Source: Octopus bimaculoides
Lineage: Eukaryota
Length of the DNA: 64,000 nucleotides
Direction: 5' to 3'
Assembly (NCBI RefSeq): GCF_001194135.2
Contig: NC_068988.1
Coordinates: 30,855,328-30,919,327, forward strand
The notes beneath the pieces are model-generated. The model was not told the DNA's origin, made no database searches, and saw only the letters and a program-made list of their open reading frames with translations. Positions 37,880-51,905 of this stretch are shown in pieces. The first letter of the stretch is position 1; each line of letters begins with the position of its first letter. Made by a program: the position numbers and the translations under genes.

Positions 37880-38504
37880 CAAAAGAATTCCAACTCTGTC
37901 TGTTTTTTTATGTTTTATTTATATTCTTATAAAATTAATGTAGGATATAGAATATTTGACAGGAACATTCCCGTCAAATCGGTGTGGGTACCTCTATGCT
38001 GAAGAGTAATTCAAACCAGATACTTTTTCTTTTTCTAGTTTAAGGGTTAGTGTTTTATGCAGTCTTGAAATCATTTATATCATGTATTTTTTTGTGACAC
38101 CACTGTTATAAAGTTTCCTTACATGGAATTGAAGACATATTTCTTATTAGGTTTTGAATTATAAATTTAGGAAGGTTGGATTGACTATACATATGCTGGA
38201 TACTTTATCTTCTGTTGATAATGATTGTAAATAGTACGTACTAAATCTAGATTACCGGGGATTATCTTATGAGTTACTACTGCAACGAGAAAAACTGTTT
38301 GTAAAGAAAAGTTTTCATTTTCACCAAAATGTTTCGGATATTTGTAAGACTGGCAACCTCTCCTTTCAAATATTTTATTAACATGCACACAACCAGAAAG
38401 TTCTTAGTAGCTCTTCAGTTTAATGTTCAATTTTTTATAGGTCTTATGTGTGTGTGTGTGTTGGGGGGTGGGGGTGTATGCATGTATATGTATACATGTA
38501 TATA

Positions 38505-38583
<79 letters not shown>

Positions 38584-38990
38584 GTACATAACCATTAAAT
38601 AGCGTTAATGGTGGAAACATTGTGCAAAAATGATAAAAACAAGGAAAATCTGATTTACATACTGTGTTTATAAATCAACATATATGATGAACAGTCGCAA
38701 TCATAATCTTCAAGTTCAGTCTTATAAAACGTACGATGCATGTGACATGCGCCATTACAATAGCTGAAATATCCACAATCAACCTGTGATAAACACAGGA
38801 TTGCACACTGTATACGAGATGCTACGTTCTCAGTTATGTTATATTGGCCTTTTAGACATTTTGATTTAGTAATTCTTCGGAAATTACTCTCTTTATATTC
38901 TGCTTTGCAAATTATGGGAGCGCCGACAAATAGAAGTGTCATAGCTAGCATCAACTTGAGAAACAAATGATAATCAGCTGAAGTTGCCAT
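31379..38990 (-). CDS. Paralog C (complete, 241 aa): complement join(38663..38990,36576..36667,34358..34506,32739..32845,31379..31428)
   Basis: Exon lengths sum to 726 nt, open frame, GT-AG introns. Translation: [109 protein letters not shown]|[31 protein letters not shown]|[49 protein letters not shown]|[36 protein letters not shown]|[16 protein letters not shown]. Confidence 0.85.
31540..32380 (-). mobile_element. RTE-clade LINE, RT C-terminal fragment, in C intron 4
   Basis: [26 protein letters not shown] and [16 protein letters not shown] motifs. Confidence 0.7.
32739..32845 (-). CDS. C coding exon 4 (107 nt)
   Basis: taatttcag|A GAA CCG CAT...GGT G|gtatgt. Confidence 0.8.
34358..34506 (-). 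CDS. C coding exon 3 (149 nt)
   Basis: tttgcag|GTG GAA...ATT AA|gtatatatt. Confidence 0.85.
34870..35760 (+). mobile_element. R4/Dong-like LINE C-terminal fragment in C intron 2
   Basis: [26 protein letters not shown] and YEITGKWY motifs, with stops. Confidence 0.65.
36576..36667 (-). CDS. C coding exon 2 (92 nt)
   Basis: cattacag|GC AAA CAA TGG...GAA ATG|gtaatg. Confidence 0.8.
38663..38990 (-). CDS. C coding exon 1: signal peptide + PAN/apple-like module
   Basis: Same 8-Cys spacing as B; donor CACA|gtatgt, phase 1. Confidence 0.9.
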
Positions 38991-39020
38991 TCCTGAAAAA
39001 TATACGGATATTTAATAATG

Positions 39021-39103
<83 letters not shown>

Positions 39104-39133
39104 AACGACGATGATGATGATGATGATGATGAT

Positions 39134-39760
39134 GGGTTCTTCACAAACTTTCCGAGTCTGATCGCTCGCTTAGAGCGAATGTGTACTCTTCTTTGCTATC
39201 ACGTCTCACGAATGAACCCTTTTTGGACCGAATAGACACTGGTGACGAGAAATGGGTTCCCTATAAAAATGTCAAGAACCGAAAACAGTGGACCGGGAAA
39301 GGAGAAACATCGGCACCCCAGGCTAAAGAAGGTATTGTTATCTATTTGTTGAGAAGTTTAGTCCACTTTGAACTTTTAAGCCTAAACCAAACGATAATGC
39401 GAGCACCTTGGGTGGCTTAAGTCAGCGCTAGAAGAAAAACGACCATCTTTGGTTTCAAGATGAAAGGTCTTCTTCCATCAGGATCAATCGCGACCACATA
39501 CGAGGATGATATTCTAAAGGCTGGAACAGTTTGAATGGGAAACTATGACCCCCACACCATATTCCTCGAATAATGCCCCATCTGATTATCATTTATTCCG
39601 CAGTCTTCAAAATCATTTCGACGAATTCTGTAGACGAGGTCAGAACATACTGGAGGAGTATTTTTGTCACGGACAAGTGAATTTTAGAAGAGAGGACTTG
39701 CAACTCTACCAGATAACTGGAAGAGCATTGTAAAAAATGAAGGAGAGTATAGTTTAGATA
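39134..39760 (+). mobile_element. Decayed mariner transposase just upstream of C exon 1
   Basis: FLDRIDTGDEKWV and PYSSNNAPSDYHLFRSLQNHF (mariner TGDEKW and YSPDLAPSDY motifs). Confidence 0.85.
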
Positions 39761-39874
39761 AAAGAAAAAAACATTGTTTATCTTAATTTTGAAAAATAAA
39801 AGAAGTATAACAGTTGTCGAGCAGTGGTGGGGATACAAACACAGATACAAAGACATACACACACACACACACAC

Positions 39875-39921
<47 letters not shown>

Positions 39922-39944
39922 CATACATACATACGACGGGCTTC

Positions 39945-40095
39945 TTACAATTCCGTCAACCGAATCCACTCACGTAGCTTTCTTCCGCCCGAGGCTATAG
40001 CAGAAGAAACTTCCGCAGGGTGCCACGCAGTGGGACTGAACCCGAAATCATGTGGTTGGGAAGCAAACGTCTTACCATACTGCCATGCCTGCGCT
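39945..40095 (-). mobile_element. tRNA-derived SINE, family 2
   Basis: Reverse complement of the 51119 element (ggttcagtcccactgcgtggcac). Confidence 0.7.
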
Positions 40096-40529
40096 TATAC
40101 TTGAGCTTTTAATATCATCTCGTTTAATATAAAAGGTAAAGTCGAATACAGACTAAGTATTAGCATTTAGTTTGAGATACTAAGTGATTGTCTCATCTAG
40201 TACCCTTTTTCTAAATAATAATGATTTCTAACATAAACCGAAGCCAGACAGGAGACAGACAAAAAGAAAAGAAAACCTTGCCACAATAGGATTTGAAACC
40301 AGAATTTAAATGTACGTAACTGAATATTAAATATACCTTATTAATCGAACCATGACTTCTATAAACCCACCGCCCTTCCTTCCAGGATCTATGGATATAG
40401 GATATGATAATAATAAAATCAAATGTAATGAAAGCACATACCACTTAAAGAATTTTTTAAACACAGATTTATAGAAATAATTGTGTTTACTGTCACTCAT
40501 TTGATTCCTAATAAAATTAATTCACTTAC

Positions 40530-41000
40530 CTTTAAGGTTCATGACTGTTACGGAGTTGCTAATTCAGCTTCAATTTTTCTTGAAATTTGATCAATCAGAA
40601 GTGTCTTACAGGAAACAATATCTTCTGCGTTATCCAATTTCGATAAACAAGATTATTTTTTTATCTTTTAGTTTTGACAATTCAGGAAAAAAGACAATGC
40701 TTTAAAAAGACAATGCTTTAAAAAGACAATATCGTCAGATGTTTTCCAACGTTTTAATCAATGGTGAGCAACTTGAACTTACTTCCTCTCTAACTCTAGA
40801 TGCTGTCGTCAGACTATTTCAGCTTTCTTCAACACGTTCTTAAACTTGCGGTCTTATCCTGTTTTGTTTTCTCTCCAGAATGCTTTAATATCAAGGTTAT
40901 AAAAAAAATTATCAATTTTAAGATAAGCTTCCTTTTCCAATCTGTTTCCACTTCTATCCACTGACCAACGCATATAAACTACTTGACACAATTTACATGC
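40530..41000 (-). promoter_or_regulatory. Putative promoter and non-coding 5' exon(s) of C
   Basis: Two gtaagt donors (after 40783 and after 40530), a candidate acceptor at 40624, and tttttcag|GA ATG at 38992 as in B. Homologous to the B upstream region and to 26820-27350. Confidence 0.45.
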
Positions 41001-43789
41001 ATTTATGCGCTCGGTGAACAAAAGAGATATACTTTAACTTTGTGTTGTATTGATTGGTTTTCAATTTGTTTAATTTTTAATTTTGCTCTAGACAAATTAT
41101 GATCGATATCATCGGTAACTAATAGGTGGCTGAGAATTGATTGGAGGACGCCATGATATGTTTATATTTTCTTTCGAATAAAATGTTGATAATGTGCCTC
41201 CCACCCCGAGAAAGGCATGGATGCCACAAATTTTCGTGTTAATTAGTGAACGAACATATTTACAGTATTTATTCTAATCCTACATTGTGCGTTCGGATAT
41301 GGCCGAGATCACATATTGATTTAGCCTCGATGTTTTTACTTGGATAATCGTGTTACTAGTTAAATGTAGAGGAAAAAGAAATTGCATAATTAAAATTATT
41401 AAAAGTTTTTTTGAAATAACGTACAAAAGAGAGATTAGATGAGGTACACTCCGGAGATTAGGAGAGGCGTATGTCAGTGTAACAGAAGACACGGAGCTTG
41501 GAAGATTAGCAGTCTAGTGTTGGTGTTGTTTTTGTGTATCCATAGGTTTCAATGAGTCTTCATTGAGGAGTCATTGAGTAGTCATTTTATCAAAGAAGTT
41601 GTAACCATCATCATCTTGTTTGGGACAGTGTTCAATGGATACCACATTATACAAATGTGTTCATCTAAAAGGGTGAAATATGATAAAATAAATATTGGTG
41701 GTAATTTCAAATAGTTTGCGAAACCGCTTAGAGGTCAGGCTCTCTCATAGATATTAACATACACAATGTAGCGCCTAGAAAGGGTATTTCATCAACTGAA
41801 ACTGCACTCGTAATTAGTACAAAAAACCATTAGCGTTAATATCAATTACTTAGCGAAACAGATAAGAGAGGAAACTCCGAAATAATATATTAAAGCATGA
41901 ATTGTACCATGTAATAAGGTATGAGTCTGGATGACAATCAGGGTATGTTTCTGTATTATTAAATCTCTTTGATAAAGCATAGTCAGCACGATCACATTAA
42001 CTGTTCTGTTTTGCTCATTATATCTGGTAGCCTACATTTAACTATGTAGTGTTTATGCAGAATAGTCGTATACCTAACAGAAATTTTCCAGTGATATCTT
42101 TATATATTCTGTGTATTTGAAGTGTACTATCTCAGATATTACGGTCAATTCTGCAACATGTAAGAATTTTGAGCTGATAATCATTTGAATTTCTATATTT
42201 ATGTGTATTTGTAAAAGAAGTCCGTTCCAGTTATTGTAAAGCAAAGAATATGTGATCATCACAAAAATGTATTCATTTTAAAGACTAACTTCAATGATAG
42301 TTGTAGTTGTTAAGCTCCAAACGATGCTGAAAGCATATTTTCAACAGCATAAGTTTATGTGTCCTAAGGTGTGATTTAAAAGCTAAAAGTATTTTCTGAT
42401 CGAACGACCACTGGGTGACACACGCTGTTGTTCTTGAGGTGTAATAATTGATATTTCCTTGCATATTACCGCTGTTTGATTCACACTCATTTTAGAATCT
42501 CAGATTCACACACTTGTTAGAGTAGTCCTCTAGTTTAAAGCTCTGTAAAAGAAGTCCGAAGAATGGGCCTCCAACCGGGCCTTCCATGATACCCATAAAG
42601 CCAGGAACCTTTCAGAACCCTTTTTTACCTATATAAATGCAGCCAGCAGTGATTATCTATTGATTAGTTCTCAGTCTCAGTTACACGGTCAATAATAGAT
42701 TGTTATTATTGTTATTATTATTTTTTTAAATTAGCTTAATATCATTAATCGAGAGTTTATGTCTGAACTTCTAAAAAGCTACGAGGAAATTACTTGTTTC
42801 AACTTGTTACTTCTCTTGATATTCATGAGCGTCTTTTCGTATTCTTTCTATTCACTTTACATGGAAGTTGGTGAAGGACATATCAGCTTTAATATTATTA
42901 ATAAATATCCTTACAAACACGCACAAACATAAGCATATATATATATATATATATANNNNNNNNNNNNNNNNNNNNNNNNNNNNNNNNNNNNNNNNNNNNN
43001 NNNNNNNNNNNNNNNNNNNNNNNNNNNNNNNNNNNNNNNNNNNNNNNNNNNNNNNNNNNNNNNNNNNNNNNNNNNNNNNNNNNNNNNNNNNNNNNNNNNN
43101 NNNNNNNNNNNNNNNNNNNNNNNNNNNNTGTAGGTCAGACTTACAGAAAGACAAAAGACGAAATCAGGCATAGGGGCAACAAGCAGGTGTATTAGTTTAA
43201 CGCTCGGGAAAGATGGAAAAAGTCCTTTAAGTTTCGATCCTACGCTCTTCGCCAGAAAGGAATAAGAGGAAAAAAATAGGTAGAGAATTGACAGAAAAAA
43301 TGGTGAGAGAGCGGTCCATTCTGTTATATATCTACTATTACTATTTAAAATTATGTATGTCTACTACAGATTTCTTGTATTGCATGTGCAATGATATACA
43401 GTAACCAGCTGCATTTAACTGAAGAATATCTACACCTCTGTGCCTCAAAGAATTTTTTTACTCATAACCTTAAAAAACGTGGATATTTTTTAATTAAATT
43501 TTCTACATATAGGCTTCAAATAGTGTAGATATGGTGTCGATTCAGATTATATTGCAATTTGTTGTGATTTAAAATTTTTCGAAAGCATATGATGAGGGTC
43601 AGCAATGTATGTGATCCATTCCACCAATCTATATTTCCATGTTCACTTCTGATATAATCGTAATCTACACACACTGGAAGTTATTTGTCGAAATTCTCAT
43701 TTAAAAATACTCATTGTGAATTTCTGAATCTCCTAACTACACTTCCTACGAAAACACTTTTTCAACGACATATTCAGATATAATCAGAC

Positions 43790-46050
43790 ACTCTAGCGCT
43801 GTCTAACCGCGGCAGTAAAACCCGGAAAACATCAACCTACTGGCTTTAAGCCTGCACAGAACTGGTGTAAGAGTAAGTCACTAGGGTCTGTTTTCGACGG
43901 ATGTAGAAGCCATTGTGCCTTAATGTACAGCTACCGCCTACCTCAAGCTGGTCATCCCCAAGCCAGTTAGGTACTGTCCAGGTTACAGCTCACCTGCTCC
44001 AGTGGGTGCGTGGGACGTAGCGAAACTAATGTATCGAATCGCGAGCTGTAAACATTGCATCAAGAAAAACGAACAGACAAGCAAACAAACAACGCAAAAA
44101 AACCCAGCATTCAGACTTAGATGTTGGAACATAAAGACCATGAAAACTGGTCTTCCGATAACCTTCAAAAGATTAGCGACACACGCAAAACAGTAGTGAT
44201 CAACAAGGAACTGCTATGAATCCAAGTGAATATTACAATACTCCAGGAAAGGAGGCCCCCAGATTTGGGGACCTTTCGTGGAAGATAGTATACTATTTTC
44301 TAACAAGGGAAAGCACAGATAAAATGAGAGAGCATTGTGTCGGTTTTGCTGTGAAGAACTCTCTGCTGAAGTTGGTAAAACTCAACAGCGTTGGTTCGGA
44401 GCGAATATTCTCACTTCTGGTTGGCCTGTCGAGCTTATCAGCGCTTATGCTCGCATTCTCTATTCCTCACAAGATGTCAAGGATAGGTTTTCCGATCAGC
44501 TCTCTAGGAGAAATACAGGCTATCCCAAATGGAGAACAGCTGGTGTTATTTGGCAACTTCATTGCCAGAGTGGGAGCTGATCACGACTCCTGGTCAGGGT
44601 GTTTGGTTCGGTACGGGGCTGGCAACATGAGTGAAAATAGCCGATGGTTGTTTGAGCTCTGTATGCTACATGGATTATGTGTCACCACAACTACTTCCAG
44701 GTCAAAGCAAAGGGTCTCTTGGCGTCACCCTCGCTCAGAGCCCTGACACCAGCTATTGCTGATTTTCACATGATTCTACCTGAGGAATGTCCTCCTGACA
44801 CGGTTTTTTTCTTTCAGAACACACTCCAACCAAAAATGATGCACTGCGCCAAGATCCCAAGCAAGCAGCACGGCAATGCTACTGCAATCCAACAGCCAAC
44901 TAAAACGCATTTCTCATGGCACTCGAAGACGCCCTCCATGCAGACCCACCGAAAGGCAATGTTCCGCAGAGATGGGACTCTCCCAGAGACATCATCAATT
45001 ACTCTGCATTGTGGGCCTTTAGGATGAGGAGCAAAATGACACAAGGCTGGTTTGAGGCGAGCGGGAAAGTGTTCAATAACCACATGAAGGAGAAGCGTGC
45101 TGCCTTTCTGAAGCACAAACAACAACCTACTAGGGCAATGCTGCAAGCATTGACATCAGCAAGGAACAGCATGTAGAAGACTGTGAGGTGGTGTGCAAAT
45201 AACTACCGTTTACAACTGTGTAGATAACCATCTGTCGATTGACACGGGCAATATTCGTAGAATGCATGAGGGTATCAAGAAATCCAATCAGCCCAACCCA
45301 GAGCAAGGTAAGCCCTCTCAAATCCAGATCAAGTGAAGTTATCATGGGCAAAATAGAGCAGCTGGAGGGATGGATTGATGAAACATTATTCCGCACTTTA
45401 AGCCAAGGAAAATATTGTGGACAGCGTGCTAGACACAGTAGAACACCTACCAGACATAGAAGAACTGAGCAGAACAATTGATGGCCTGTCCACTGGAAAA
45501 GCACCGGCTTTGGACGACATCAAACCACAGATCATCAGATGTGCAAGGAGAGTTCTACTTAGCCACTTGCTGAAGCTACTGTGTAGGTGCTGGGCGGAGG
45601 GATCAGTACCGCAAGACATGAGAGACTGCAACATTGTCATCCTTTATTATAACAAAGGAGACAAAAACTACTGCAATAATTACCGAGGCATCTTGTTGGT
45701 AAGCATCATCAGGAAGGTCTTTGTCCGCGTGGTTCTAAACAGACTACAGAAAATCGATAAGAAGGTATGCTCCGAATCCCAGTGCGGTTTCAGGTCAGAA
45801 CATTTCACCCTCGACACGATCTCTCTTCGACAGTTAGAAGCGAAGCGCCAAGAGCAAAGGCAACCACTCTTTATCACCTTCATCGACCTCATAAAGTCGG
45901 TAGAGACGGTCTGCTCAATGTCTTTGCCAAAATTAGCATCATTCAATTTTATTTCGCTTCTTCGAAGGTATTCAATATACTTAGCGGCTTGAAACAGGAT
46001 TGTGTACCTACCCCCAGCCTGTTTGACATCTTTTCTGCAGTCATACTGAA
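43790..46050 (+). mobile_element. Decayed RTE (BovB-like) LINE: APE endonuclease + RT
   Basis: CWNIKTM, LFGNFIARVGADH, GKAPALDDI, NNYRGILLVSIIRKVF, SQCGFR and FIDLIK motifs across several frames. Confidence 0.9.
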
Positions 46051-46063
46051 ACACAGACACACA

Positions 46064-46105
<42 letters not shown>

Positions 46106-46234
46106 NNNNNNNNNNNNNNNNNNNNNNNNNNNNNNNNNNNNNNNNNNNNNNNNNNNNNNNNNNNNNNNNNNNNNNNNNNNNNNNNNNNNNNNNNNNNNNN
46201 NNNNNNNNNNNNNNNNNNNNNNNNNNNNNNNNNN

Positions 46235-46269
<35 letters not shown>

Positions 46270-46596
46270 GTTTAAACATAAAAATATGTATGTGTGAGTG
46301 CATATATGTGTATGTTGGCAATCTAAAATTATCTTACGATCGTTTCGCGAAAATATTGTTGCTGTAATAATATCCTAAATGGATTATTATATATAGGTAA
46401 TATTTCCGCTCATCAGAGATGTAATTATTTTTGTGATATGTATAGTTTTTTTAAAAATAATATTAATAATATAGTCTATAAAAATTTAAAAAATATATAA
46501 GAAGGTAATCTATTTAAAATTACTGTCCTTGAAGTTGGTGAATTGGTGAAAAAATTATATATATGAAGATGTGTGCATGTCTTTATGTATACATAC

Positions 46597-46650
<54 letters not shown>

Positions 46651-46689
46651 CATTGACACTCACCATTCAATGACCATCCCTGCTCACTG

Positions 46690-48400
46690 CCGAACCTCTT
46701 CCCCTCCATCCACCACACACTATTAGGCATTATCTGTTTGTCACCAACAATGTCTAAGCAGGATGCTCCCAATATCTTAGCACTGGCGTCTCATAGATTA
46801 TATTCTGATCCAAAAATGTGATATGGAAGTCGTTTCTAGCGTGCGGACCATGAGAGGCATAGAGAGGTGGACTGACCATCGTCTAGTGGGTGCAAAGACA
46901 GATTTTTTGATAATGCCTGGGAATCGACAGTCTAGTCCTATGGTACCCAAAAAGTTAAATGCTGCAAACTTTAAGTTATCAAGCAACTTGAAAAGATTCC
47001 AATACACTATAGAAATTATCAATCTTGACCCAAACAACCTGTGGGAAGATTTCAAAACAAAATTATTTCAAGCTGTAGGTTCTTCAGAAGTATTTAAATC
47101 ACACAAGTCTAGTGACTGGTTCTCAGATAAATCAGTGAAATTAATGATCTAATTTTAGAAAAGCAAATCTTAAGCAATACACTTCTTTCTCCGTCCTTGA
47201 ACCCCAACTCAAATGAAGTTTACAGAAAGCTGAAAGGGAAAGTGCGGACTGCTCTAAGGACAATTAAATAGGAATGGTGGAATGATAAAGCAAAAGGGGC
47301 ATAAGAAGTAGCTGATAGAAAGGACGCCAAGGGTTTGTACTCTTATGTTAAGGAGATATATGGCCAGAAATCTTCAATAGCTCCAGTGTGAATATAGCAA
47401 ATGGACGTTTGCTTCTGACTGACACAGCTTTTATTCATAAGCACTGCGTTGAATATTTTTTGCACTTTTGGAATACATCATCTGCTGACATGTGGATGAT
47501 AGAAAATATCGAACACCTTCCAGTTATAGACGTGATGGCATTTGAACCAACCCTATAAGACATTTATTTAGCTGTGAATAAGCGGAATAACAATAAGTTC
47601 CCAGGATCTGATGGAATCTATGCAGAAGTCTTGAAATATGGGGGCGACAAAATGTTTGAACTCTTGAATATATTAATTTGTCACTGTTGTTGAATTGAGA
47701 AATTGCCTCAAGATTGGATTGAGGCCATTTTAGTCTCTTTGTATAAATTGGGGCCAAAGTATATGTATGGTAATTTTCGTGAGATTTCGCTTTTGTCTGT
47801 GGTTGGAAAGGTACTTGCCCGCATTTTATTAGAACTTTTAAATACTTTCATAGTTCCAAATATAGTCTCAGTGTGGTTTTCGTTCCACCAGAGGAACAGC
47901 TGATTGTATCTTTACTATCAGACAATTTCAAGAAAATTGTATTGAACTGAAACTTGGTCTATACCATTGCTTTGTTGATTTGAGCAAAACATTCGATACT
48001 GTTAATATAAATGCTCTGTGGCTAATTCTAAGGAAAATAAGTTGCTTAGAAAAACAGGTTTCATCAACCTGTGTGTGGTGCTGTTTGTAACGCTACTAAA
48101 ATTATTGTTATGGGTAAGGTACTTGAGGTTGTCGATTCCTTCATCTATCTTGGAAGCTCTGTACAAAATTATGGAAATGTTGATACAGAAATACATCTGT
48201 GAATTCAAAGGACAGCAAAAGCATTTGTTTGCTTGGAGTCATGCGTTTGGTACAAAGCTGGTTCTTTACAAATCATTTGTCTTACCATCCTTGTTGTATT
48301 CTTGTGAAAAATGGCAGACAGTAGGAAAAGCTACCCAACGCGAAAAGAAGATTAAGTGTCGAAGACATATCCTTGTCCAATATAGAATGTAAAAGAGACA
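46690..48400 (+). mobile_element. Second decayed RTE-like LINE
   Basis: VRTMRGIERWTDHRLV, NFREISLLSVVGKVLARILL and VLPSLLYSCE motifs. Confidence 0.85.
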
Positions 48401-50947
48401 AGTCAGGAACCACAGATATTAGTACTCTTGTTACTTAAACTTAGGTGTTGAAAGAAAATGGGCTCTCCATTTTATTGATGTGTTGGATTGCCTTTCAAGG
48501 AAGAAGTCAATACGCTGACTACAGGTGTGTTTTCTGTCAATAAGTAATTGAGAAATTTAGGGTTATATTTGTGTAGCGAAGAATGAATTCAGTTCATATT
48601 CTGTTGTCAATCTTGGTATGCTGCCTTAAAAAGTAAAAATGCATAGAAGCGAAGCTCAGCGCAGTAGTTACCCTAGTCGAAACTGAAGATATGATGTAAG
48701 TGGAAACCCTTGATCGAATGGTGGATTACTGTAAAGTTATTAGATCTTAAAACGTAGTATAAACATCGTGAATGCTCATTTAAATGTTGGTTAGGCCGAC
48801 TGCCAAATAATATTTCTTACGTCGGAGACAACAGTTTTAGCACCAATTTTATATCAAGTGGTAAGAACAACATGTTTTAGAAATAAGACAGACAAGACTT
48901 TTACTCAGATAGAGATATTTTATTTAACGATTAAAGGATTAATTTGGTTACGACCGACCGGAAAGAAAATTTACATCAATAAAAAAAGAAGAAAGAATAA
49001 TTACTCTTCAAATATTACATTCTGAAAGTAAATACGTGAGCTTGTATTTGTGTGTTACAGAATGATCCAGAAAGTTTACAGAGCATATGGCAAAAAATAT
49101 GTACGTGTACGTGTGTGAGGAATACCCTCCACTTCTTATTTGAACAGCGATACAAGCTGGGGTAAGATAAACTCTAAAATAAGGAATCGAACATTACATT
49201 TACATTTACATTGTAAAATGGATTCAGAAATTTTCTTAAAGAATCAGCAGAACAAGCCATAAAGCAGTGTGGCTGATGAAGAATGCTACATCTACAAGCC
49301 AGGCAGTTGCCTTTCTGACTCAGCCTTAAGATACGCTCATGGGAATAGCAAAAATGAAAAAGGATATTTTTGGAGAATAAAATTTATATAGACTGCAAAA
49401 GATAGTTAGAATATTAACAGATAAGTGTGAAACTAGCGTAAGCCTGTGCGTGCGTGAGAATATGCTAAAAGCTTGGATAGTTTAAATAAGCTACGATGAC
49501 GGATATTTTTGTTTGACTGAATTCGTCAAAGAGAAGACATCTTATTTCTGGTAGAACTCTCTGCAGGAGATCCCAGTTTTGTTTGAAGACAATTTTAAGT
49601 CTAATGGCTGTTTAGTCTTTCTTTTCCTTTATCGTTCACTTTCTCTCCCTCTCACATACCCACAAACACTCGCACGCGTGTGTAATTATTCTGCCATGGT
49701 AAAGTCATTAATATATCAGACACGTTCCTTCAAATTACATATTACCACTTTCAAATTGTCAGATCACGTTAGGACACGTCTTACTTGGTATACATGAAAA
49801 GATAGTGAATACAATCCTAATTCCTTTCAACATAAGTCTTTCGATAAGAGCTTACTTGGATGTAAACAATATATACAAAGATGGATGCAGGTGTATTTTA
49901 TTTTTACCCTCTAATGTAATAAGTCCGAATAATTGTGAAGATTTGGTACTTAGGTAAAGCTTGAGATGAATTCTCGATGTGTTAAACATTGCATTTCATC
50001 ATACTGCATCGCGTAGAAGACAAATACCAGTAAGATATTGTAAATTTTAAATAACTGCTCCATCTCTGCAAATTATTACCTTAATATGTGCACGTGCGNN
50101 NNNNNNNNNNNNNNNNNNNNNNNNNNNNNNNNNNNNNNNNNNNNNNNNNNNNNNNNNNNNNNNNNNNNNNNNNNNNNNNNNNNNNNNNNNNNNNNNNNNN
50201 NNNNNNNNNNNNNNNNNNNNNNNNNNNNNNNNNNNNNNNNNNNNNNNNNNNNNNNNNNNNNNNNNNNNNNNNNNNNNNNNNNNNNNNNNNNNAGTGTCTC
50301 GTAAATTTAAAATCCATTCTCTTACAGAACTCGTGCCTTTTCTCTCTCTTTCGCTTCCTTTAGCTCAAGCCTTCCTTCTGAGCAAGAGACATCTCACACT
50401 CATACACTTAGACACACACATCCATTACACCTTCCTCATTCCTCTTGCCTTTTCATTTGCTTAAAACTCTCGTTTGTTTCTATATCTCCACTCATGTCAA
50501 ACAATCACTCACATACTAGTTCCATTATGTGCCATTTACCACACATTAATACTCGCCTACACTTGTACATAAACATCCACCTCTCCTTCCTTCTTAACTC
50601 CCTTTCACACAACTGCATTTCCTAACACTTCGTCTCCTTTTTTCTCTCGCTCACTGACTACTCCACTTACGCAGTCCCGTATGCTTTTGTCTTTCTTCCA
50701 GTAAAGGTCTACCGTCCCTAATGTTACAATTATTTCTATTCCCATTAAAGCGTTAAGCTAACACCATTTACGCTGAACCTTTTCTCCCCTGTAATATCTT
50801 ACTTTATTGTTCACTGCATTTCCACTATCTGTTTATCTGTCCATCTGTCAGTATCTATCTATTTATCTCTCTATTTATCTGTCTGTCAATCTCTCTATGT
50901 ATATGTGCTTGTGCACGTACGTACGTACGTATGCATGTATGTATGCT

Positions 50948-51083
50948 GCATGTATGAATCTTTGTATGTATGTGTATATGCATGTATGAATCTTTGTATG
51001 TATGTGTATATGCATGTATGAATCTTTGTATGTATGTGTATATGCATGTATGAATCTTTGTATGTATGTGTATATGCATGTAT
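50948..51083 (+). repeat. 32-bp minisatellite, ~4 copies
   Basis: Unit gcatgtatgaatctttgtatgtatgtgtatat. Confidence 0.85.
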
Positions 51084-51118
51084 GTATATCATTGTTCAGT
51101 TTTATTTCAAGATTTCTA

Positions 51119-51545
51119 GGCGTAGAAGTGCCTGCGTGGTAATTAGCTTGCTTACCAACTACATGATTCCGGGTTCAGTCCCACTGCGTGGCACCTTGGG
51201 CAAGTATCTTCTACTATAGCCTCGGGCTGACCAAAGCCTTATGAGTGGATTTGGTAGACGAAAACTGAAACAAGCCCGTCGTTTATATGTATATGTGTAT
51301 ATATGTATGTGTGTGTGAGTATATGTTTGTGTGTCTGTGTTTGTCCTCCCAACATCGATTGACAACTGATGCTGGTGTGTTTACGTCCCCGTAACTTAGC
51401 GGTTCGACATAAGAGACCGATAGAATAAGTACTAGGTTTACAAAGAATAAGTCCTGGAGTCGATTTATTCGACTAAAGGCGGTGCTCCAGCATGGCCACA
51501 GTCAAATGACTGAAACAAGTAAAAGAGTAAAAGAGTAAAAAGAGT
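51119..51545 (+). mobile_element. tRNA-derived SINE, family 2 (long form; partial copy ~36860-37050)
   Basis: B-box-like GGTTCAGTCCC followed by ggcaccttgggcaag; (AAAAGAGT)n tail. Confidence 0.7.
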
Positions 51546-51654
51546 AAACTGATAAAGAGCCGGTTTCTAATCAAGATCCAAGGCTCCTGAATTGAAATTT
51601 CAACATCAACAGTATTTTCGTGTGTATGTATGTATGTATGTATGTATGTTTGTA

Positions 51655-51905
51655 TGATATGTTTGAATGTGGTGTGTGCCAGAGGGTTTGCAAATCCAAT
51701 GGGGGTCTTAAAAGACATGTTAGGATCCACAATGAGCAGAACTTACTTGCAGGTATTGGTAGTGCAAATCAGAGGTGCAATCTGTGTGGGTGTTTTTTCA
51801 AAACACTGTCTGGTTTAAAAAGCCACATCAGACGCCATGAAAGGGCTAAGGTGTAGGTGCAGGAGGTGGTCAAACTCTGTTTAAGGAGTAGACAACCACC
51901 ACCAT
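51655..51905 (+). mobile_element. Two C2H2 zinc fingers + stop + short tail; probably the 3' end of a 5'-truncated RTE LINE
   Basis: FECGVCQRVCKSNGGLKRHVRIH and RCNLCGCFFKTLSGLKSHIRRH; embedded in (TATG)n with no credible start. RTE ORFs commonly end in a CxxC..GL.SH.R.H finger. Confidence 0.6.

Noticed and set aside
38190-38296. Candidate extra exon in C intron 1 ([13 protein letters not shown]...)
   Set aside because: It has no counterpart in B, and exon 1 already joins exon 2 in frame.
45417-45992. Host reverse-transcriptase or endonuclease gene (also 9983-10456, 60411-60773, 63435-63764)
   Set aside because: Frameshifted, truncated TE fragments with no splice structure.
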